Shown here piece by piece: positions 1-6,737 of a DNA stretch of 43,158 bases. Within the stretch, counting starts at the first letter, position 1. Every line of letters begins with the position of its first letter. The notes beneath the pieces were generated by a model that had not been told where the DNA came from, ran no database searches, and worked only from the letters and a program-made list of their open reading frames with translations. Position numbers and translations under genes: made by a program. Source of the DNA: a virus (taxonomy: Duplodnaviria > Caudoviricetes); the IMG/VR virus record IMGVR_UViG_3300011336_000447, positions 1-43,158 of that record; one strand, given 5' to 3'.

Positions 1-127
1 ACTGATTGCACCACATGTTAAACAAGATAAGCATAGGTTTTTTAGATATGTCATTTACGCCCCCAAAATGTATGATACGACAATTCATTTTCACGAATGA
101 AGTATGTTTTGACTTCTTGATTGGATA
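1..127. repeat. Terminal direct repeat, copy 1 (circular assembly overlap)
   Basis: Identical to 43032-43158; 127 nt equals a common assembler k-mer size. Confidence 0.95.
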
Positions 128-749
128 GATTAATGCGTCCAAGATAAGCAAGATTTGAGCTTGTCTTGTGCCATTGACATTTAGAGATACTTTCACGGCA
201 GTAAAATTGCTGTCCATAATCGTATTGCTCTAGCGATGGATTGCCCCCTAAAACTTGAAATGCAAGCTCTAGGGAATGTTTAAATATTGGTGATGTTGTA
301 TCTTTATTACCACCAATTTTCGGAACCCACGAAAACATATAAACGCCGTTTGAATGTTTATAATATACGGTCTCCTCTATTGTCCGCTTGTCTTGCTTGG
401 CAAGATTGAGGGTTGTAAACATAATTGTTACTTCCTCTCTTGCGTCGCAACGGTCAACTTTTTGCTCTTTAGCAGACGGACATTCATAGCGTCCATTAAG
501 TGCTAAAGCGATAACATTATTAATGCCATATTTATTAATGGCATTAAGGACGTACTGGTCACGCGGTGATAGTTTTTTGCTTTTAACTTCGGATTGCAAG
601 CGGTCTATTTCAGATTGCAATTCTTTTATTTCTGTTGTGTTTTTTGATACGCTAGGCATTGAATTTTTACCCCAGTGATAACCAAAATAACCGCAACCTA
701 TAATTGATGACGCAATGCAGGTCAATGTAAACATTGTTTTTATTTTCAT
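51..749 (-). CDS. Membrane-anchored SleB-like cell wall hydrolase (Hydrolase_2), divergent
   Basis: N-terminal hydrophobic segment and coiled coil; LALNGRYE, TTLNL, TIEETVY and MFSW resemble the SleB motifs LAxNIYxE, VxLNR, TIcgVVY and QFSW. Confidence 0.7.
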   Translation of the reverse strand: MKIKTMFTLTCIASSIIGCGYFGYHWGKNSMPSVSKNTTEIKELQSEIDRLQSEVKSKKLSPRDQYVLNAINKYGINNVIALALNGRYECPSAKEQKVDRCDAREEVTIMFTTLNLAKQDKRTIEETVYYKHSNGVYMFSWVPKIGGNKDTTSPIFKHSLELAFQVLGGNPSLEQYDYGQQFYCRESISKCQWHKTSSNLAYLGRINLSNQEVKTYFIRENELSYHTFWGRK

Positions 750-937
750 TTTGTATCTCCGTTTGCTTCTGTAAAAACTTTATCCATAAATCGACTTGCG
801 TCTGATATTGGGTCAATCATGTTTGTATCAAAATAAGCTACCTTGCCGTCTTCTGTATCGTGCCAAGCAGGATATAAAAAATCATTGGTAACGTATGATT
901 TTGAGCTTCTAAATATATTCATAACTGCCATAATCAA
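746..937 (-). CDS. Hypothetical protein
   Basis: ATGA-coupled to neighbours in the operon. Confidence 0.6.
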   Translation of the reverse strand: MIMAVMNIFRSSKSYVTNDFLYPAWHDTEDGKVAYFDTNMIDPISDASRFMDKVFTEANGDTK

Positions 938-1254
938 TACCCCTCCATAGATTTTAAGATTTTTTGTTTATCTGCTTCATTATCAGATAAAAGTTTTGCA
1001 AAATAATCAGACTTTGCCTTTTCCCAAAGTTCTTTAGTAGGGTAGAATTTTCTTTCACAATGAGATGTCCCATATTCATTTGTGAACATAGATTTATATT
1101 CTACTTTGTGAGTTTTTTTACATACTCTATTTGTTTTATCAAAGTAAAAATAATTATCATCTTCGCTTTCCATAGAACAAGCCATAAATCCTCTTCCGTA
1201 AATGTTAGAGTCTAAGCTATTTAAAACGGTACTAAAAAAATATAATTGCTTCAT
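934..1254 (-). CDS. Hypothetical protein
   Basis: ATGA-coupled, GGAG RBS. Confidence 0.65.
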   Translation of the reverse strand: MKQLYFFSTVLNSLDSNIYGRGFMACSMESEDDNYFYFDKTNRVCKKTHKVEYKSMFTNEYGTSHCERKFYPTKELWEKAKSDYFAKLLSDNEADKQKILKSMEGY

Positions 1255-1436
1255 TTATAATCTCCATTTAATAAATTTAAAGCAACATCACGGTCAACGA
1301 TTGTGACTGTGGTTTGCTGTGAGTCATATTCTGCACGTGCGATAATGTCAGCAACGACATCACGCTGTGGTGTCCGTAACCCTTGTGGATCTTTGGCACA
1401 GGCGGTTAGCATGAATAATAATGTTAAGTATTTCAT
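1251..1436 (-). CDS. Small lipoprotein
   Basis: MKYLTLLFMLTAC signal peptide with lipobox LTAC; AATTGGAGA RBS. Confidence 0.7.
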   Translation of the reverse strand: MKYLTLLFMLTACAKDPQGLRTPQRDVVADIIARAEYDSQQTTVTIVDRDVALNLLNGDYK

Positions 1437-1492
1437 ATTATCTCCAATTTGTTAATGTTTGAAAGGGTGGGGACAATTTGTCCCCTGCCTAG

Positions 1493-1756
1493 TTAAAGTT
1501 TACCAATAGTTTTAAGGATTGAGTAAAGTTCGTGTGCTAATGCAAAGTCATAATCAGTCAGCGCATCTTTAATCATAGAAATTAATAATCCACGATTATT
1601 TGTCATAACAATCTTTGTTTTTTCATTGATTTCTTGACCAGATAAAAGAACTAAATTGTTTTTTAGTCCAGTTAATTTAACCGTTTCAATGTGTGTTAGA
1701 TTGTAAGTATTAAGTGTTCTTTGGATTTTATCCGTTGTTAATATTGTCTTAATCAT
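1493..1756 (-). CDS. Hypothetical protein, first gene of leftward accessory operon
   Basis: AATTGGAGAG RBS, downstream of intergenic promoter region. Confidence 0.7.
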   Translation of the reverse strand: MIKTILTTDKIQRTLNTYNLTHIETVKLTGLKNNLVLLSGQEINEKTKIVMTNNRGLLISMIKDALTDYDFALAHELYSILKTIGKL

Positions 1757-1818
1757 TTTATTCTCTCCAATTTTACCTTGGCATCATTGCCTCGATAAAA
1801 TAAGAATACCAAAAAGAA

Positions 1819-1834
1819 GTTAAGGAATAGTTAA
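1819..1834 (-). promoter_or_regulatory. CtrA-box-like site at the -35 position of a leftward promoter
   Basis: Minus strand reads TTAA-CTATTCC-TTAAC (TTAA-N7-TTAAC consensus), followed by TGG-TATTCT. Confidence 0.45.
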
Positions 1835-1854
1835 TATTATTTTTATTATTTTTA

Positions 1855-1883
1855 TTGACAATATTATTTTTATGTTTTATATT
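1855..1883 (+). promoter_or_regulatory. Sigma70-type promoter
   Basis: TTGACA-17 nt-TATATT. Confidence 0.65.
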
Positions 1884-1922
1884 CCTGTTATCGCAATTAA
1901 GCGATATATAAGGGTAACAAAA

Positions 1923-2132
1923 ATGGAATCACCGCTATTACAACAATTTCTAAATATCATTTCTAGTTTTTCACAATCAGAAACTAAAAAAGAAAACAAG
2001 GTATTCGATGCTTTGATAGGTAAGCCAGTCTTAACAAGACACAACCTTGAGGGGGTGGATTTTGGATATTTTGACTCATACAATGATGTTGGATTTGTTT
2101 TAAAAGATAACGGCGACGGTAACAGCAAATGA
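1923..2132 (+). CDS. Hypothetical protein (start MESPLL)
   Basis: ATG after AAGGG, downstream of the promoter; coupled to the RHH gene. Confidence 0.55.
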   Translation: MESPLLQQFLNIISSFSQSETKKENKVFDALIGKPVLTRHNLEGVDFGYFDSYNDVGFVLKDNGDGNSK

Positions 2133-2272
2133 AAAAAATATCGCTTGATATACCTGATGATGATTATAATAAATTGAAAGATTTAAAGAAAAATCATCAT
2201 ATTAACATATCGTCTTTTGTATCTGAGGCTATAAAAGAAAAGCTAGGCAGAGAAAAACCACTTGCAAAATAA
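2129..2272 (+). CDS. Ribbon-helix-helix (CopG/Arc-like) DNA-binding protein, 47 aa, not in ORF track
   Basis: MKKISLDIPDDDYNKLKDLKKNHHINISSFVSEAIKEKL: alternating beta strand followed by two helices. Confidence 0.75.
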   Translation: MKKISLDIPDDDYNKLKDLKKNHHINISSFVSEAIKEKLGREKPLAK

Positions 2273-2294
2273 ATTACAAGTGGCATAATTAATC

Positions 2295-2425
2295 TGTAGG
2301 CGTTATACGATTTAATCCCCCTATGCAGTACAACTCTTAGGGGGTTATTTATAACGCATTAATCGAAGTGTATTTTCTTTCAAAACAAAACCCCTTACAT
2401 GGTTGTGCCATTGAGGGGTTTTATC
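2295..2425 (+). ncRNA. Candidate small RNA
   Basis: TTGCAA-16-CATAAT promoter with TG; long hairpin 2300-2357; terminator 2387-2422; no ORF. Confidence 0.35.
2387..2422. terminator. Bidirectional intrinsic terminator
   Basis: AAAACCCC...GGGGTTTT stem between convergent units. Confidence 0.7.
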
Positions 2426-2429
2426 TTAT

Positions 2430-2723
2430 TTAAGCAATAACCCAATCATCAGCTAAAACATCGGTTTGTGATGCAAGCCAAGGCTCAACGGTATCTTGTG
2501 CGGTTTTCATAGCAATATATGCTTGATACGGCACTAAATCATTGGGGAATACCCCTGCCATTGTATTGAGCGTATTGTTTGAAGCTGGATATTTGTTTTC
2601 AGGAACATAATATAGAAACATTCCTTTGCCATTCCAGCCAGAACGAGCAACCTTATGTCCTGCTTTTAAATGGCGTATAGCAAAACCAAAATCAAATTGC
2701 CTTACCTGTATTCCGTCAGTCAT
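2430..2723 (-). CDS. DUF2829 / Tad2-family anti-defence nucleotide sponge
   Basis: FGFAIRHLKAGHKVARSGWNGKGMFL and PWLASQTDVLADDW are hallmark DUF2829 motifs; strong AAGGAGAGG RBS. Confidence 0.85.
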   Translation of the reverse strand: MTDGIQVRQFDFGFAIRHLKAGHKVARSGWNGKGMFLYYVPENKYPASNNTLNTMAGVFPNDLVPYQAYIAMKTAQDTVEPWLASQTDVLADDWVIA

Positions 2724-2740
2724 AACCTCTCCTTAAATTA

Positions 2741-2787
2741 AAAAAGACCCCTCGATTTGAGCATATTCAGAGGCTTGAGGGGTTCTT
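2741..2787 (-). terminator. Terminator-like hairpin directly upstream of the DUF2829 RBS
   Basis: ACCCCTC...GAGGGGT followed by CTTTTTT on the minus strand. Confidence 0.55.
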
Positions 2788-2798
2788 AATTTATTCTA

Positions 2799-3497
2799 TC
2801 ATGCTTTATTGAGGTTACGCAATACATTTGTTATTGCGATTTCAATATCACCATTACGAGAATGACGTTCATTGTTATCACATTTATCACGCAAGCGGTT
2901 ATTCTCAATGGTTAAAGCAAGTTCGCGAGTCTGCGCTGATTGCTTTAAATCCAATTCACGAATACTAGCAGATTGTGTCAATAGCGATTTTTGAGTTTCA
3001 CAACAACATTCTGCTATTTGACGTGCTAACTCACTGGTATTTTTACAAGCGTCAAGTTTTACATCACCAAAGCCACGGATTAATTCCTCGCGTGTTTTTG
3101 CTTCTGATTTTTCATTCTCTAAAGATAAATGAGCAATTTGTTTGCTTAAATCATTATTCACTTGCAATAACTGATAACGATTTTGTGCAACTTCTTGACG
3201 TACATCACTAAACCCAGTTGACGTAAAGAATTTATTGTCACCAATTTCTTTAGATAAATCATGCTGTGTATTTAACACGTCACGAGATACATTGGTAACG
3301 TCGTGTGCAAGTCTTGATTGTCCATCGGTAATTAATGCCCCAATAGAATCAAGATTTGTGCGGACATCGTTTTCACTATCATAGATAGATTTTACGATTT
3401 CACGTTGTCCAGCGAGTAAGTCATTATTATTATCTTGATTATTATATCCATGTCCATTGTTTAAATGGCACGGTGCGTCCGATTGTATCGTTAGCAT
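2799..3497 (-). CDS. Coiled-coil protein with AECCCE motif, function unknown (start likely MLTIQ)
   Basis: Heptad-rich sequence; LARQIAECCCETQ; GGAC RBS-like sequence and an upstream TACAAT. Confidence 0.75.
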   Translation of the reverse strand: MLTIQSDAPCHLNNGHGYNNQDNNNDLLAGQREIVKSIYDSENDVRTNLDSIGALITDGQSRLAHDVTNVSRDVLNTQHDLSKEIGDNKFFTSTGFSDVRQEVAQNRYQLLQVNNDLSKQIAHLSLENEKSEAKTREELIRGFGDVKLDACKNTSELARQIAECCCETQKSLLTQSASIRELDLKQSAQTRELALTIENNRLRDKCDNNERHSRNGDIEIAITNVLRNLNKA

Positions 3498-3569
3498 GAT
3501 TTTTATGTCCAAGCCTCGTGATTGAGGCATTACCATTGTACTCTCATTTTAGGTATTTAGATATGTTAT

Positions 3570-3776
3570 TTACTCGTTCTCTCGTATTAATTTTCTTAAA
3601 TTTTTACATTCTTCTCTTGTTAAAAATAATGTGATTTCTTTTGTGTGTGGTGATATTTGATTAATATAAATATTACCGCCAATGTCAAGTTTAATACCGC
3701 CTGCCTTTGAGCCTGTATTAACGTTCTCATTGTTTTCACGTTCAATGTATATAAATTCACCAGATTGTAATTTCAT
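3570..3776 (-). CDS. Hypothetical protein
   Basis: ATGA-coupled to the holin candidate. Confidence 0.55.
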   Translation of the reverse strand: MKLQSGEFIYIERENNENVNTGSKAGGIKLDIGGNIYINQISPHTKEITLFLTREECKNLRKLIRENE

Positions 3777-4120
3777 TTCTTGATCCTGCGAATGATTCTA
3801 TCTTTAATGGCAAACATGACATCTTTCATAAAATCATCGAGAAAGAACCGTAAAGGCGTATTGCCTACGAAACCCAATACGATACATACAAATGTGGTTA
3901 TAAACACACTACTGCCATTTAGTTCAAATAGCTTTTTTGTTGCATCAACTAATAAAACACTAACTATGATATAAGCGACTAATTGCCTTAAATTCCATTT
4001 ATCATAATCAAGGAATATACGCATCAAAACGCCCGTATAGAAATAATAATGCGTTTGGACATATTCAAAAACAACAACAATAAATTCATAAAGTGTGGGG
4101 GGTATAGGGTGTTCATTCAA
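3773..4120 (-). CDS. Holin candidate (2-3 TM); start uncertain (TTG 4120 or ATG 4024)
   Basis: Hydrophobic helices, basic C-terminus RIIRRIKK, adjacent to the endolysin. Confidence 0.55.
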   Translation of the reverse strand: MNEHPIPPTLYEFIVVVFEYVQTHYYFYTGVLMRIFLDYDKWNLRQLVAYIIVSVLLVDATKKLFELNGSSVFITTFVCIVLGFVGNTPLRFFLDDFMKDVMFAIKDRIIRRIKK

Positions 4121-4124
4121 AACA

Positions 4125-4505
4125 TCAATCTTTCTTATGTGGCAACTGAAAATGCACGCCGTCTTTAAAGGTTTTCCAATCACCGCCCCATTCAATGGCA
4201 ATGCCTAATTCTTTACTCGCTTGCTTCATAGCCTTTGCAATGGTTTCATAATGTTTCCAGTCCCAATTAACCACGCCATCAATTAAAGCCCCCAAATCGA
4301 CTGCATCGCCTGTAATATGCCTACTATTCATAGTTTGAGATTTACCAGCCTTAACAAGCATTGATTGACGTTCTAGAGTACGCAAGCCCTCGAGGACTCT
4401 AAAATCTATTGGTGATATTTCCAAAGCACGCTTAACAACATTGATTAATTTAATGTCAACACCAACGAGTTTATTTAATGATTTTTGCGATAATTTAAAT
4501 GTCAT
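4125..4505 (-). CDS. Endolysin, M15 family L-Ala-D-Glu peptidase
   Basis: EGLRT, SRHITGDAVD and WGGDW..FKDGVHFQL zinc peptidase motifs. Confidence 0.92.
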   Translation of the reverse strand: MTFKLSQKSLNKLVGVDIKLINVVKRALEISPIDFRVLEGLRTLERQSMLVKAGKSQTMNSRHITGDAVDLGALIDGVVNWDWKHYETIAKAMKQASKELGIAIEWGGDWKTFKDGVHFQLPHKKD

Positions 4506-4729
4506 TTCCCTGCCTCATAAATTTCTGTTAATGTTACTGCGCGATTGCATTCACTGCAAAAGCAACAAAAATTACTACCTATTTTCCAAGTTCTATTGCC
4601 GCATGAGCCACATAAAAAAACCTTAATATCGTTATCATCGTTTGCGTTAACCCGCAAAGCACGTTGTGTTTGTTTCACCTTAACAACGGACTCATGAAAT
4701 ATACCATAATCGATATTGGTTTTCATCAT
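4502..4729 (-). CDS. Zinc-ribbon protein
   Basis: CGSC...CSEC; coupled on both sides. Confidence 0.55.
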   Translation of the reverse strand: MMKTNIDYGIFHESVVKVKQTQRALRVNANDDNDIKVFLCGSCGNRTWKIGSNFCCFCSECNRAVTLTEIYEAGK

Positions 4730-4899
4730 TTCTGCTTCGCTTTCTCATTAACAAATGCCAAGAACTCAATAATAGCATATAATTTGCGTATTATGCCATC
4801 ATCGTTGGGGGTGTTCGTACTTGCGGTAATTACCGACGCAATCGTTATGATTGATGTACCGACTGTAATAATGGTATCGAGATTTAGATATTCTAGCAT
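4726..4899 (-). CDS. Small membrane protein, holin-like, 57 aa, not in ORF track
   Basis: MLEYLNLDTIITVGTSIITIASVITASTNTPNDDGIIRKLYAIIEFLAFVNEKAKQK; AAGGA RBS; TM segment plus TPxDD motif. Confidence 0.7.
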   Translation of the reverse strand: MLEYLNLDTIITVGTSIITIASVITASTNTPNDDGIIRKLYAIIEFLAFVNEKAKQK

Positions 4900-4908
4900 G
4901 ATGTTTCC

Positions 4909-5949
4909 TTATGTTATTGACAGCAATGCATTCTTCCATACCGAAGCAAGTAAAGCATGCCCAGCTTGTGTTAAATGCACAGTATCCGTATAATAAGTTG
5001 TGTCGCTTACATTGCCAGTTGTTACATTAAATTGCGGTATATCGTCTTCAAAGTCAGCAATAACATCAATTCCAATACTTGCATAACTTGCCCTAACAAT
5101 AGTGTTAAATTCGCTTATCCTTGTATTTAGAGGCGTTCCGACTCCTCTTTTTATTGTAGTGCAGAAAATAATCTTTGCGTCTGGAAAATCAGCAGTTATC
5201 GCATTTAATCTTGTCGTTACTCTTGTCCATAAATTAGATGCTGTCACGGTAGCATCATAAGCCAAGTCATTCGTCCCTAGCCATATACTTATAATGTTAT
5301 TTGCCCCACCTCCATTTAATGGTAAAGTTTTTACTCTTTGGTTATACGCTAATGACAATCTAAGAGGGTATGTGTCTTGACTTTCACCTGTATCTACTGC
5401 GTTATCAAAGTTAGAACCACCTAGTGCTATATTCATAAGTTTATAATTTTTTGACACAAGCTCTCTATCGTCTGTGCCTGATATTTCTACTAAAGTTTCC
5501 CCACTAATTGAATTTATCGCCTGTGCAGCATAGATTAATTCTTTATTAGCACTTGGTAATCCTAAAGCGTCGGTTATACTATCCCCAATAAGAATTATTG
5601 TTTTAAATTTTGCAAGAGGCTGAAATTGTTCAAGCGTGCTTCCTAGGGCAAAACCAGTTGGGGCTGTTGATACAACACTTGCTAATTCAGAAGCTGTTAA
5701 ATAACTTGATATCGCACTGTAAAATACGTCTGGAACACGAATATAAGTGATTGAACCTGTAGCAACACCAATTTGTGCAAGGTATTGCGTATAATTTGCT
5801 GGTAAATTTAATTGAGTAGCGATATACCGCAAGCATAAAGTTTCTTTTGTCACTTCCGCAGTGTCACCATTATTTAAAATAGAAACACCACCATAAGCAC
5901 TTCTTAAATTTGTATCCGCAATAAAATATTTATATGTTTCGGTTGCCAT
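4909..5949 (-). CDS. SGNH/GDSL esterase, probable tail-associated protein
   Basis: Blocks IGDSIT, ALGG, LGTND and DTVH. Confidence 0.85.
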   Translation of the reverse strand: MATETYKYFIADTNLRSAYGGVSILNNGDTAEVTKETLCLRYIATQLNLPANYTQYLAQIGVATGSITYIRVPDVFYSAISSYLTASELASVVSTAPTGFALGSTLEQFQPLAKFKTIILIGDSITDALGLPSANKELIYAAQAINSISGETLVEISGTDDRELVSKNYKLMNIALGGSNFDNAVDTGESQDTYPLRLSLAYNQRVKTLPLNGGGANNIISIWLGTNDLAYDATVTASNLWTRVTTRLNAITADFPDAKIIFCTTIKRGVGTPLNTRISEFNTIVRASYASIGIDVIADFEDDIPQFNVTTGNVSDTTYYTDTVHLTQAGHALLASVWKNALLSIT

Positions 5950-6737
5950 TATGGTTTAATTCCCACTAAATAAGATGATATTGACGAACGAATCCCTGCA
6001 CTTGGAACACCATTATAAAATATCATTTGCTGTGTTTCACCATCTAATGATTGCGTTCCTGTGCCTACTAAAGTATTACCAATAACAAAACCAATAGGGT
6101 TACTTGCTGGAAATGTTGTATTATGTGCAGGGGTTGCTGTGCTTGTTAATGTTTGTAATGTGCCATTTAACCAACAACTCATTACGGCAGTACCGCCTGA
6201 TATATTGACTTGAACCTCAACCGTGTACCACGCCCCCAATGTCAAAGCAGGTGATAACCCTAAAGATGTTTGCGTCCCACCATCATTTGCATTTATTCTA
6301 ACACGCACCAATCTTGAACCTGTAACGTCAAGTTCTCCCCTTAATGCGTTCGTTCCGCTAGCACCACCAATAGATAAAACCCTAAGTGTTGCTGTTGTAG
6401 GTTTTAAATTAAATGCACAATACCAGCCACTCGTTGCATTACAAATTCCAGTTCTATCAATTAATTCCATTTTTCTTGTGGTTAATTGATTAAAATCAAT
6501 TCCATTTGTTTTTATTAATGGTTGCCTTACCTTATTCGCTTGGTCTAAACTTTTATATACATTTCCTGTTATTGCTTCATAGACATAAGCCATTGTATCA
6601 TCACCAAGCGTATCAACTAAATTATTCGTCTGTGTGCTTCGGAAATCCCACCAATAAGTATTGCTATCATAATCAAAAGGCGGAGGCGTAGTTCCCCCAC
6701 TTGAGCCACGACCATAATAATATATAAAACTGCTCAT
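5949..6737 (-). CDS. Tail fibre/receptor-binding protein, concanavalin A/LamG-like
   Basis: Beta-rich, Gly/Thr-rich; LTLGAWYTVEV..WLNG..IGN..LDG pattern; position after the ejection genes. Confidence 0.65.
   Translation of the reverse strand: MSSFIYYYGRGSSGGTTPPPFDYDSNTYWWDFRSTQTNNLVDTLGDDTMAYVYEAITGNVYKSLDQANKVRQPLIKTNGIDFNQLTTRKMELIDRTGICNATSGWYCAFNLKPTTATLRVLSIGGASGTNALRGELDVTGSRLVRVRINANDGGTQTSLGLSPALTLGAWYTVEVQVNISGGTAVMSCWLNGTLQTLTSTATPAHNTTFPASNPIGFVIGNTLVGTGTQSLDGETQQMIFYNGVPSAGIRSSISSYLVGIKP

Noticed and set aside
3570-4899. Spanin (Rz/Rz1) genes in the lysis cassette
   Set aside because: No TM plus coiled-coil gene with a nested or adjacent lipoprotein was found here; lipoproteins elsewhere lie in accessory operons
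4664-4993. 109-aa plus-strand ORF in the lysis region
   Set aside because: It is antisense to a better-supported, coupled 57-aa membrane protein gene at 4726-4899
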